DNA of 64,000 bases from Anthoceros angustus (lineage: Eukaryota > Plantae > Anthocerotophyta). Shown one piece after another: positions 1 through 11,516 of the stretch; positions within the stretch are counted from its first letter, which is position 1; every line of letters begins with the position of its first letter. The notes under the pieces were generated by a model. It searched no databases and was not told where the DNA came from. It worked only from the letters and a program-made list of their open reading frames with translations. Where the stretch lies: the NCBI GenBank assembly GCA_010909165.1, contig VJWM01000193.1, forward strand, positions 62,001-126,000. The letters are read 5' to 3'. Made by a program: the position numbers and the translations under genes.

Positions 1-1146
1 GGTGGAAGTGGCCGATCCATTTCCAAGCAGGAAACGGTCGACCAGAGCATGAAATCTGGAGAACCGGGATCTCATCTCAGCTGACCCCGGATCCGAAACA
101 GAGCGCAAAGACGGAACAGAATCCTTCCGTTCTGATTCGGAGCTGCCCGCAGCAGCTGCGAAGTGAAGTGAAGTGGAGCAAAGCAAAGCCAAGCAACTCC
201 AAGCAAAGGAAAGCAAAACAAAGCAGCCGACAAGGAGAAGGGATCCCGGTCCAGATCAGGGAAGCTGATGACCTGCCCGCCCTAAAGCCTGCTCTGCGCA
301 GAGCGAGAGGTACGAGCCAGGCACAAATTCCGCGACTCACATGATGAAAGCAGAAAGCAAACCGAGGCCGTGCGCATCATGAGAAGCAGTACAGAGTAAC
401 CAATGACCTGACACAGCATTGAAAGCGCGGAACGGACAGAGATAGCAGTTGCATAGCGTACATACCCCGCTCGCAACCGCCATCTCCGCTTTTGGGAACC
501 ACAGCGTCTTGTTCAGGCGTGGTCAAATCTGCTTTGCCGCTCGCATCGATCCGCTGCTCGAAGCGCACGTTGCAGGCCGGCGTCCGCGCATCGGTCGCCG
601 ATGAGATGTTGTTTCTGTCAGAGTCCTTTGATTTCCTGTCATGGGACATAACATTTTTAGATTTGCATGGAAACTCGTCATCCAGGATTTTTTTCTAGTC
701 TTTTTCAAGGAGGCGCAATGGCATCTCCAGTTGGTCTTTCAGTACATCTACATAATGCTGTGAAGCTCACAATTTGACGAGAGAGCTGTTGAGGCCTTTG
801 GACGCCACGCTCATCGATATCAGCGATGTAAGGGGACAGGAAATCCAAGCAGCTCGGAGCTCAACAAGTAGACTGCTGAGATTTGCAGTAATGCTGCCTG
901 GAAGCTTTTCGGGGTAACGATATGCTGGAAATATGACACATATGTACATGTGTAGGTCCACATGATGTCTGATGACCACGTGTAGTTACCTCATCGGCAA
1001 CGATAAATGCAGCATCACCTGAAGCCTAGGCAGCCATTGATGTCCATCGAGTCAGCTTGCGGAGAGCCCAAGGCACATATTGTAGCTGCGAGCAAAGCAG
1101 TCGGAATGCATTCCAAGCTATGTATGTACTCAGGAACAGGGCACAC

Positions 1147-1372
1147 AGAAGAAGAAGAAGAAGAAGAAGAAGAAGAAGAAGAATAATTTTATTTAAGTCC
1201 ACTAAGGACGGGTTTCCGTCATGGGACTTGGTACTTAACTTCTTGTACTATGGTGTGCCTAAGCTACTTGCACCAAGGGCATCCACTCCCCTTAGGCACC
1301 CCATCGAAGTACCGATCCAAGCTCAGGATGCTTAATCACGGCGTTCTTATAAATGTGTCCATTTGGCCTAGG
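1147..1372 (-). mobile_element. Short retroposon-like element (SINE or LINE 3' end) ending in AAATAAAA plus a (TTC)n tail
   Basis: The reverse complement matches about 9640-9800 closely (e.g. gcctaagctacttgcaccaagggcatccactcc). Both copies end in an A-rich signal followed by TTC repeats: about 12 units here (aga run at 1147-1182), 3-4 units at 9790. Confidence 0.5.
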
Positions 1373-2141
1373 CGTAAAAGCACGATCCTCATTAACCACG
1401 TCTGACACGGCTCTTGGATTCTTAGGGTTAAAAGTCCTGCGGCTGCAATGAAGGCATTCCCAACACACTCGCTATGTTGCACCCCTAGTCACACAATCCG
1501 ACCCACAAAATCAGAGCTGATCAAAGGTTTCATCTCATTTCACATGACGATATAACTAGCGAACGGCGTCATGTCACGCAAGATTAAACCACTGGGAAGC
1601 AGGTTCCAGTTGCGGACAGTTGTGAGGTCACCTGAAAGGCTGCAGATCTACTTTGTCATGAGGTGTAGGGAATTCTCTCCACACCGGCGAGAATATCCAT
1701 ACCGAGTCCTAGGAATTAACTGTTGCTAAACATCTCATGTGCTGGCCCTTCGCTTGCATTCATAGAGAGGAGAAAAGAGCCTCCAGCTTCGATGGCGGCC
1801 CTTGGGCTACATCCAGGTGAAGGAAGCCTTTCTGGTAGGAAGCTAAGTAAAACATGGTGCTTGAAAGATTTTAAATCAAAGTTGGTAAGAAAATAGCGGT
1901 ATCTGAGGCTGGCTTACTGCTCAAAGAAAGCCAGATTTGAGACTAGAAAGCAGTTTCGTAGGTAGAGAGGGACACTTCCTTCCACTCCTTCTGTCTAGCT
2001 GTGTGGGAGCTAAGAGAGGTGGAAAGGAGCTTTGAGGTAGAAGAGGATCTTCTTGGCGGAACAAGCCATCTCACCTCGCCTTAAGCTTCCAACCCAAGAG
2101 AGCAGGGCAGGGCAGCAGGGCAGCAGGCCTGACACACATCT

Positions 2142-3898
2142 ATGGGCGTGGTGGTGGTGCAGCTCGGGCAGGCCGGCAACCAGCTGGGCGGCAGCTTCTT
2201 CCACGTGCTAGCCAGCAATGGGCTCACAGCGCACGCCAATGCCAATTCCGACTTCTTCCGCCAAAGCAAGGACAAAGAGAGCAGTAGCCATTCCAGCAGG
2301 CTGGTGGCACGCGCCGTGCTGGTGGACATGGAGCCCAAGGTAATCGCTGCATCTCTCAGGAAAGCTGTGAGCAGCAGCGGCCCCGCACACGGCTCCGTCC
2401 CCTGGACCTACTCCCCCAAGAACGTGATAGCGGAGGAGAGCGGATCGGGCAACAACTGGGCTCGGGGGTACTACCAACACGGGCCCAGCAGCAGAGATGC
2501 AGTCCTGGAAGCGGTGCGACTGGAGGTAGCAGCGACCTACCTGTCTTCTTCATCTTGCCCTGCTTCTGCTTCTCCGTCTCCCTCTGCTCTGCCAATTCCC
2601 CGGACTCGATACTCTGCTCCTCAGGTGGAGGAGATGGACAAGTTCAGCGGCTTCGTGACGATGCAGAGCATGGCTGGAGGCACTGGAGCTGGACTCGGTA
2701 GGTGGGTCGGCATCCATACTCACAGCACAGCACAGCGCTCCTTCGTCTTCTTCTCCTCCACGAATGTGGATATGGCTGCCGCCCTTAAACCCTCAACCTG
2801 TTGGCCTGTTGCAAGCACAGGGTCGTACGTGGTGGAGGCCCTCAAGGACGAGTACCCGTCCGCCTGCATCCTCAGCAACTGCATCTGGCCGTACGAGAGC
2901 GGGGAAGTCATAGTGCAGAGCTACAACGTGCTTCTCACACTGTCCCAACTCCAGGCTTCGGCTGACGCCGTGGTGCTCCTGCAAAATGAGGCTCTCAGCA
3001 GCAGCTGCAAGAGGACGCTGGGAATCGAGCGCCCGTCCTTCGATGACATGAACCACGTGGCCACTCAAGCTCTGGCGGCCGTGCTGTCACCGGCTTACTT
3101 CAGGCCCGCCGCTCCCTCGGGTGCACCTCCTTCATCCCGGACCCGGGTTGGGAGGATGACGACAGCCGCAACTCTACCTGCTGCATCTGCTGCTGCTCCC
3201 ACCTCAGCTCCCAACACTACCAAGGTTCACGTTCTTCCAGACCTGGTGTCGCTCATGTGCTCCCATCCATGCTTCCGGATGCTCACATTGCGCTTCGCGC
3301 CTCAGGCAAGGCGGCCAAACCACAACACCTTTCTTCTGCCATGAATCAGCCGTCCAAACAGAACCCCATCATGCTTCCTGTCCTGTCAATGTTGTTGCAG
3401 GTTGCAGCCAAATGTGTGGACTTCACCAGCTTTTCTTGGGAATCGGAGCTGAAGCAAGTGCGACACTGGCTCAACAGGAACGCTCTGAGGGAAGTGGAGA
3501 TGGCACCTTCCTCGCACCGGAAAGGTGAGCAAACACAGGCCGGGGCTCGCTCTGTGGATCGCTGCGTCGCCAACATGCTGGTGCTGAGGGGCCCAGGAAG
3601 CCAACGGCCTGACCTCACACCGTTTGCTGATTCCAGTCTCTACCCTATCTGGTCTGTGGATCCCCTGGCTGCAGCTTATCATCCCGCCCACTTCCGGAAG
3701 CATGAAATAGCCGTAGGCTTGCTCAGCAACTGTCAATCCACCCTTGTTCCAGCCATCCGCCTGCTGTCAAATGCTTACACCATGTACTCCTCCAAAGCAT
3801 ACCTGCACCAGTACTTCGAACACGGCATGGACGAACCCAGTTTCGAAGCAGCATTCGCGACAGTGGAGGATCTTGTGACCAGCTATCTTACACTCTGA
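2142..3898 (+). CDS. TUBD1: Delta-tubulin, 4 exons (introns about 2527-2622, about 2699-2820, and GC-AG intron 3306-3400)
   Basis: MGVVVVQLGQAGNQLG N-terminus, AVLVDMEPKVI, SGSGNNWARGYYQHG, SMAGGTGAGLG tubulin signature, WPYESGEVIVQSYNVLLTL, C-terminal KAYLHQYFEHGMDE. The WPYxxGEV and SGSGNNWA motifs are typical of delta rather than alpha, beta or gamma tubulin. Confidence 0.92.
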
Positions 3899-4119
3899 TC
3901 ATGCATTGTCAGAGAAAGAAACATCACTCAAAAGCACGTGTTATCAAAACATTCAACTCTCTCTTTGCAAAAGCAAGACTCAAACACAGAAAACACCACA
4001 CTACCCCAACTGCCCTTGGGGAGGTAAAAGCGTGGCTTGCACGGCACAGGGAACAGGGTGCCTCCGGATCGAATCTGCCGTTCCCCTGGTTACACACTGT
4101 TACCTATGCAAGACAGCCA

Positions 4120-4730
4120 CATCCACATCTCAGCACAGATAACCCTACTCACAGCTACCCCATGTCTGGACACTCTTCACACTGCTGCTATCCACATCTG
4201 AGCTTGGTTACGGTTCCGTCCAACCTACACATTGCTAATCAACCAGATCCAATCTCCTCAGATATCCAAGGAAAAGTATAGACCGCATCAGATCTCAAGC
4301 CTGGCTGGGGCGAGAACTCTCGGTCGGCCACTGCGAATGTTTTGAGAAACAAGCCTATCGCTTGTCATCACTGGAGAATACCCCAATCCACGTCTACATA
4401 AAACACACAATGCATTACTTTTACAACAACACTGGTGCAGTTTGTCTCAGATATCCAAGGAAGTTTTAACCGCATCAGTGCTCAAGCCAGGCGAGGCGAG
4501 AACTCTCGGTCGGCCACTGCGAATGTTTTGAGAAACAAGCCTTTGGTTTATCATCACCGACCACCACGGCAGGGGTTTGGGCTTAGAATTGAGGAGTAAA
4601 AACAAGATCGTAAAATCAATCACCTCTCCGCCCCTGCACTACCCGCGACCTTCCACATACATATCTCAGCACAGATAACCCTACTCACAGCTACCCCATG
4701 TCTGGACACTCTTCACACTGCTGCTATCCA
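4120..4730. repeat. About 190-bp tandem repeat with conserved core ctctcggtcggccactgcgaatgttttgagaaacaagcct (2 units)
   Basis: ctcagatatccaaggaa recurs at about 4257 and 4447, each followed by the same core. Confidence 0.85.
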
Positions 4731-5238
4731 CAGAGGAGAAAAGAGCCTCCAGCTTCGATGGCGGCCCTTGGGCTACATCCAGGTGAAGGAAGCCTTTCTG
4801 GTAGGAAGCTAAGTAAAAACATGGTGCTTGAAAGATTTTAAATCAAAGTTGGTAAGAAAATAGCGGTATCTGAGGCTGGCTTACTGCTCAAAGAAAGCCA
4901 GATTTGAGACTAGAAAGCAGTTTCGTAGGTAGAGAGGACACTTCCTTCCACTCCTTCTGTCTAGCTGTGTGGGAGCTAAGAGGTGGAAAGGAGCTTTGAG
5001 GTAGAAGAGGATCTTGAAAGCGAAATGCTCTAGGGTGGAGAATGAGCCCAAGGAGGTGGTCGGGTTTCTTTGGTGGGTTGTACTTGTGATGTCTTTCAAA
5101 GGGATCAAGCGATAGAGGGTGCCTTCTTAGTTGTGATCTTCTTGGCGGAACAAGCCATCTCACCTCGCCTTAAGCTTCCAACCCAAGAGAGCAGGGCAGC
5201 AGGGCAGGGCAGCAGGGCAGCAGGCCTGACACACATCT

Positions 5239-7586
5239 ATGGGCGTGGTGGTGGTGCAGCTCAGGCAGGCCGGCAACCAGCTGGGCGGCAGCTTCTTCCA
5301 CGTGCTAGCCAGCAATGGGCTCACAGCGCACGCCAATGCCAATTCCGACTTCTTCCGCCAAAGCAAGGACAAAGAGGCAGTAGCCATTCCAGCAGGCTGG
5401 TGGCACGCGCCGTGCTGGTGGACATGGAGCATGCAAAAGCGGTAGCCAGAACATGCAATTGGAGAATTGGTCCAAGAATTGAGGATCTTGAAAGCGAAAT
5501 GCTCTAGGGTGGAGAATGAGCCCAAGGTAATCGCTGCATCTCTCAGGAAAGCTGTGAGCAGCAGCGGCCCCGCACACGGCTCCGTCCCTGGACCTACTCC
5601 CCAAGAACGTGATAGCGGAGGAGAGCGGATCGGGCAACAACTGGGCTCGGGGTACTACCAACACGGGCCCAGCAGCAGAGATGCAGTCCTGGAAGCGGTG
5701 CGACTGGAGGTAGCAGCGACCTACCTGTCTTCTTCATCTTGCCCTGCTTCTGCTTCTCCGTCTCCTCTGCTCTGCCAATTCCCCGGACTCGATACTCTGC
5801 TCCTCAGGTGGAGGAGATGGACAAGTTCAGCGGCTTCGTGACGATGCAGAGCATGGCTGGAGGCACTGGAGCTGGACTCGGTAGGTGGTCGGCATCCATA
5901 CTCACAGCACAGCACAGCGCTCCTTCGTCTTCTTCTCCTCCACGAATGTGGATATGGCTGCCGCCCTTAAACCCTCAACCTGTTGGCCTGTTGCAAGCAC
6001 AGGGTCGTACGTGGTGGAGGCCCTCAAGGACAGTACCCGTCCGCCTGCATCCTCAGCAACTGCATCTGGCCGTACGAGGCAGGAAGTCATAGTGCAGAGC
6101 TACAACGTGCTTCTCACACTGTCCCAACTCCAGGCTTCGGCTGACGCCGTGGTGCTCCTGCAAAATGAGGCTCTCAGCAGCAGCTGCAAGAGGACGCTGG
6201 GAATCGAGCGCCCGTCCTTCGATGACATGAACCACGTGGCCACTCAAGCTCTGGCGGCCGTGCTGTCACCGGCTTACTTCAGGCCCGCCGCTCCCTCGGG
6301 TGCACCTCCTTCATCCCGGACCCGGGTTGGGAGGATGACGACAGCCGCAACTCTACCTGCTGCATCTGCTGCTGCTCCCACCTCAGCTCCCAACACTACC
6401 AAGGTTCACGTTCTTCCAGACCTGGTGTCGCTCATGTGCTCCCATCCATGCTTCCGGATGCTCACATTGCGCTTCGCGCCTCAGGCAAGGCGGCCAAACC
6501 ACAACACCTTTCTTCTGCCATGAATCAGCCGTCCAAACAGAACCCCATCATGCTTCCTGTCCTGTCAATGTTGTTGCAGGTTGCAGCCAAATGTGTGGAC
6601 TTCACCAGCTTTTCTTGGGAATCGGAGCTGAAGCAAGTGCGACACTGGCTCAACAGGAACGCTCTGAGGGAAGTGGAGATGGCACCTTCCTCGCACCGGA
6701 AAGGTGAGCAAACACAGGCCGGGGCTCGCTCTGTGGATCGCTGCGTCGCCAACATGCTGGTGCTGAGGGGCCCAGGAAGCCAACGGCCTGACCTCACACC
6801 GTTTGCTGATTCCAGTCTCTACCCTATCTGGTCTGTGGATCCCCTGGCTGCAGCTTATCATCCCGCCCACTTCCGGAAGCATGAAATAGCCGTAGGCTTG
6901 CTCAGCAACTGTCAATCCACCCTTGTTCCAGCCATCCGCCTGCTGTCAAATGCTTACACCATGTATAAGTGAAAAACACCGACTACCTCCAATGCGGACT
7001 AGGTAAAGGCTCCACAAAGTATTCGAAATCAAACAACTTTCACTAAACCGTCATCAGGCGCAGCACCATAGAGGCTCCTTGTAGCAGCATCCCAGATCCT
7101 AATGTTACCATCCTCACTTTGCGCTCGCAAAACGCCGACAAGGAGCCTGGATGTGTCCACAGGCTCCTTTGCAAGATCGGTATTCCACGATTTATTGCCC
7201 TGACCAAAAGTATAAGGTTGGACACACCACTCAGTTCTCCCGCAGAAAGCTTCCCAGTCTGGTCTTCAGGCAACTCAAACGCAGGCAGAGCTCTAAAACC
7301 TATATTGTCTCACAGTGTAGGGTTTAAAGGTCAGGTGTCGCTGATAAGCGAAGATGGCTGCTACGATGACTACGCTCTCTGCCAACAATGTGATCTGCCT
7401 CCTCACCGATCCAGAGGGCAGACCTCTCGGCTCCCAGCTTGACTTGCCACAGGATGCAGGACCCCGTGAGCTGCAGATGCTCATAAATAGTCTGCTTGAC
7501 AATGTAAGGGCTCTGATTTGATTCCGCCTCTTTCTGCAGCATTCGCGACAGTGGAGGATCTTGTGACCAGCTATCTTACACTCTGA
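5239..7586 (+). pseudogene. TUBD1: Second delta-tubulin copy with multiple frameshifts and foreign insertions (pseudogene or mis-assembled consensus)
   Basis: Same sequence as 2142-3898 but split across several ORFs. Inserts at 5431-5520 and 6966-7544 come from downstream DNA. Confidence 0.8.
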
Positions 7587-7799
7587 TCATGCATTGTCAG
7601 AGAAAGAAAACATCACTCAAAAGCACGTGTTATCAAAACATTCAACTCTCTCTTTGCAAAAGCAAGACTCAAACACAGAAAACACCACACTACCCCAACT
7701 GCCCTTGGGGAGGTAAAAGCGTGGCTTGCACGGCACAGGAACAGGGTGCCTCCGGATCGAATCTGCCGTTCCCTGGTTACACACTGTTACCTATGCAAG

Positions 7800-8800
7800 A
7801 CAGCCACATCCACATCTCAGCACAGATAACCCTACTCACAGCTACCCCATGTCTGGACACTCTTCACACTGCTGCTATCCACATCTGAGCTTGGTTACGG
7901 TTCCGTCCAACCTACACATTGCTAATCAACCAGATCCAATCTCCTCAGATATCCAAGGAAAAGTATAGACCGCATCAGATCTCAAGCCTGGCTGGGGCGA
8001 GAACTCTCGGTCGGCCACTGCGAATGTTTTGAGAAACAAGCCTATCGCTTGTCATCACTGGAGAATACCCCAATCCACGTCTACATAAAACACACAATGC
8101 ATTACTTTTACAACAACACTGGTGCAGTTTGTCTCAGATATCCAAGGAAGTTTTAACCGCATCAGTGCTCAAGCCAGGCGAGGCGAGAACTCTCGGTCGG
8201 CCACTGCGAATGTTTTGAGAAACAAGCCTTTGGTTTATCATCACCGACCACCACGGCAGGGGGTTTGGGCTTAAGAATTGAGGAGTAAAAACAAGATCGT
8301 AAAATCAATCACCTCTCCGCCCCTGCACTACCCGCGACCTTCCACATACATATCTCAGCACAGACGCAACCACACACTGCTACCCCTACAACTTCACACT
8401 ACTACGCCATACATGTCTGAACACTCTACACACTGCTACCCGCATATCCAACCTACAAACTGCTGATCAACCAGATCCAGCTCCTCAGATATCCAAGGAA
8501 GTGTATTGACCGCATCAGTTCTCAAGCCTGGCGGGGCGAGAGCTCTCGGTCGGCCACTGCGAATGTTTTGAGAAACAAGCCTTTGGTTTGTCATCACTGG
8601 AGAATACCCCAATCCACGTCTACATGAAACACACAATGCATCACTTTCACAGCAACAGTGGTGCAGTTTGTCTCAGATATCCAAGGAAGTGTTAACCGCA
8701 TCAGTGCTCAAGCCAGGAGAGGCGAGAACTCTCGGTCGGCCACTGCGAATGTTTAGAGAAACAAGCCTTTGGTTTGTCATCACCAACCACCACGGGCATC
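7800..8800. repeat. Nested tandem array: two about 540-bp blocks, each with two about 190-bp subunits
   Basis: ctcagatatccaaggaa...accgcatcag...ctcaagcc...ctctcggtcggccactgcgaatgttt recurs at about 7945, 8135, 8485 and 8675. Confidence 0.85.
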
Positions 8801-9256
8801 AGGGTTTAAGAATTTAGGGTAAAATCAGTCAAACAACCGCAAAATCAATCACCTCGCCGCCGCTGCACTACCTGATTATGCCGCCCTCTTCCGAGGCACG
8901 GTGGTCTACAGACCAGCCTCGCGGCTCCTCTTTGCTAAAGAGGACACACAGCGGACATCAACGAATGCTAACAATCTATAGATCACCATTCAGCCTCTCA
9001 TTCTAACCTCGCAACACAAAATCCTGAAAGGCTCCTACTCCAGACTCACAACATCCGCACTCTGTAACTTCTCAGCCTCTAGACAAGGCCTTTGCAGTCG
9101 CAAGACAAGGCCTTTATAGTCGCTAGACAAGCCTTTGAAGCCTCTACGTTTCCAAAGCCCCTAGTTTCTAAAGGCCTCCCACAACCAAACCTTTTAGGCT
9201 CTAGTTGCCCCTAGTTACCCCTAGTTGCCCCTAGTTGCCCCAATCCCATTACCTTA

Positions 9257-9598
9257 CCCCGAGGGGTGGTTCAACAGGATAATGCCAAAATAGTTATTTT
9301 TAAAAAAAAAATAAAGTTCGAAACATAAATATTTATATTTTTAAAATTTCAACATTTACAAAAAATAATTTTATCAAATTTTAACATTTATTAAAATACA
9401 TAGGTATATATATAAAACTCATGGATATGTATAAACCTCCCTTAAATAGGCCCTAATTTTCCACGCAAACCCTAGTTTCCCTATTTTTGGCATCATAAAC
9501 TCATAAATTTTTACCTATTCAACATTTTAAGTATAATAATTTCTGGATTTTCAACTTTTATTAATTTTAATTAATTATTGCCGAATCACCCCTTGGGG
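9257..9598. mobile_element. MITE-like element (Tc1/mariner/Stowaway-type): terminal inverted repeats, AT-rich interior, TA flanks
   Basis: Left end ta|ccccgaggggtggttc. Right end gaatcaccccttgggg|ta, whose reverse complement is ccccaaggggtgattc. About 300-bp non-coding AT-rich core. Confidence 0.65.
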
Positions 9599-9603
9599 TA
9601 CGG

Positions 9604-9800
9604 TAATCACGAGGTTCTTATAAATGTGTGTCTAAATGGCTTAGGCCAAATGGACACACATTTATAAAAACCTCGTAATTAAGCATCCTGAGCTTAGATC
9701 GGTACTTACTTAGATGGGGTGCCTAAAGGGAGTGGATGCCCTTGGTGCAAGTAGCTTGGGCACGCCATGGTACAAGTTGTAAAATAAAATTCTTCTTCTT
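9604..9800 (+). mobile_element. Second copy of the (TTC)n-tailed retroposon, with a 5' fold-back inverted duplication
   Basis: Matches the reverse complement of 1147-1372. acgaggttcttataaatgtgtgtc (about 9609-9632) pairs with gacacacatttataaaaacctcgt (about 9653-9676). Confidence 0.5.
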
Positions 9801-10739
9801 CCATTCATCCACTATGCTAGGTGAGCCTAAAGTTTCACCATAAAGGGGAAGGACGTTAGATGATGGCTCAGGGTGAGAGCACATGGAGCATGCAAAAAGC
9901 GGTAGCCCAGAACATGCAATTGGAGAGAATTGGTCCAAGAATTGAGGATCTTGAAAGCGAAATGCTCTAGGGTGGAGAATGAGCCCAAGGAGGTGGTCGG
10001 GTTTCTTTGGTGGGTTGTACTTGTGATGTCTTTCAAAGGGATCAACTGATAGAGGGTGCCTTCTTAGTTGTGATCTTCTTTTCTCAATTTTTTTTACAGT
10101 AACAGCCACTTGATGGCTGTGAGTGTAAACTTGCTAAAGTTTTGTTATACCTTTTTTGTTACACCTTCTGAATTACACTGATTTGTGTTTGAAGCAACAA
10201 GGGAATAGTACATAAACTACTGTTCAAAAACTACACGCTTAGGTGCATCCCACACCAAGTTCATCTACACGCTTAGGTGCATCCCACACCAAGTTCTCCT
10301 CTTTGCTTCTCGAGATTAGGCAAAAACTACAACCCATGGAGAAGACACACTATACACATGCCACTATAACTCTTTACCCTACTAGAAAGCTCTTACTCTC
10401 ATATACTCCTTATGTTTTCCCCAATTAAGTAATTTTCTCTCGAGAAGACCCTAATTAATTAAGGCACTGTCCATACATATATAAACTAGTTGCATACATT
10501 GAATATTTCTAACCGAGCACCAGCATCCATAAATGAGACATACCCTACTCTTGAGCAAGAAGAAGAGGTAAAAAATAATATTTCCAGAGGAAAATATCTT
10601 GAGGAATTTACAACTAATTGTGTTAGGAAGAAGAAGAAGAATTCTGTCATAAGGGGAGCTTACATTAAGCGTACTCAAGGGCTTATGAAGGTTTTCATGC
10701 CAAAACTATAAGCAATCTATTGGTGGCACCTACAGCAAG

Positions 10740-11118
10740 CAGGGAGTAGAAGCAAGGTCGAACGGATGAAGGCGGAGAAGCAAGAGGTGAAGTATGAAAG
10801 AAACGTTGGGACCATGCCTTTGAGAGGAAGAAAAGAGGGGAGAAACATGTATCATGTCGAAAGAGTGTAGTCGGACAGGTAAAGCTTCACACCTTTACAA
10901 GCACTGCACAGCAATTGTTAGCTGCAGTTCCAAACGGGGACAAGCATGTGTCAAGAAAACAAGAGCTGTTGTGCGTGCAAACCTGACCAGCCATGATCTA
11001 CACCCAGGAGCCCACGACCCAGAGTCACTGGTAAATGGTCGGGACCATCCACGGCACGATAAGGTGGAGGAGTTTTGGAAGGCTACGGCTGCTGCAAATT
11101 GGAGGTATGGATGTGAGC
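10740..11118 (-). pseudogene. Degenerate, intron-containing copy of the 3' part of the PMT methyltransferase gene at 14650-15050
   Basis: Colinear similarity, e.g. gtcggacaggtaaagcttcacacctt vs gtcggaccggtaaagcttcacacctt, and ccaggagcccacgacccag vs ccaggagcccacgatccag. It covers exon and intron sequence. Confidence 0.8.
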
Positions 11119-11171
11119 ACCATGTATAAGTGAAAAAACACCGACTACCTCCAATGCGGACTAGGTAAAGG

Positions 11172-11447
11172 CTCCACAAAGTATTCGAAATCAAACAACT
11201 TTCACTAAACCGTCATCAGGCGCAGCACCATAGAGGCTCCTTGTAGCAGCATCCCAGATCCTAATGTTACCATCCTCACTTTGCGCTCGCAAAACGCCGA
11301 CAAGGAGCCTGGATGTGTCCACAGGCTCCTTTGCAAGATCGGTATTCCACGATTTATTGCCCTGACCAAAAGTATAAGGTTGGACACACCACTCAGTTCT
11401 CCCGCAGAAAGCTTCCCAGTCTGGTCTTCAGGCAACTCAAACGCAGG
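11172..11447 (-). pseudogene. Inverted, internally deleted copy of an NLE1 internal segment (about 12602-12958) sitting just upstream of NLE1
   Basis: The reverse complement reads ...ggagcctgtggacacatccaggctccttgtcggcgttttgcgagcgc..., matching ggagcctgtgcatcttcaggctccttgtcggcgttttgcgagcgc at about 12719. It also carries the intron sequence atggtgctgcgcctgatgacggtttagt (vs 12908). Confidence 0.8.
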
Positions 11448-11516
11448 CAGAGCTCTAAAACCTATATTGTCTCACAGTGTAGGGTTTAAAAGGTCAGGTG
11501 TCGCTGATAAGCGAAG

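Larger units (their letters stand above)
1766..8364 (+). repeat. Near-identical tandem segmental duplication (unit 1 about 1766-4675, unit 2 about 4732-8364) containing delta-tubulin; possibly an assembly artefact
   Basis: The two units match almost base for base. Differences I saw are nearly all homopolymer-length indels, plus three foreign patches in unit 2 taken from 9890-11708. Confidence 0.9.

Noticed and set aside
1-1760. Possible decayed minus-strand gene (e.g. LEKILDDEFPCKSKNVMSHDRK, LDFLSPYIADIDERG) divergent from tubulin
   Set aside because: No recognisable domain and no consistent splice model could be built by eye; left unannotated.
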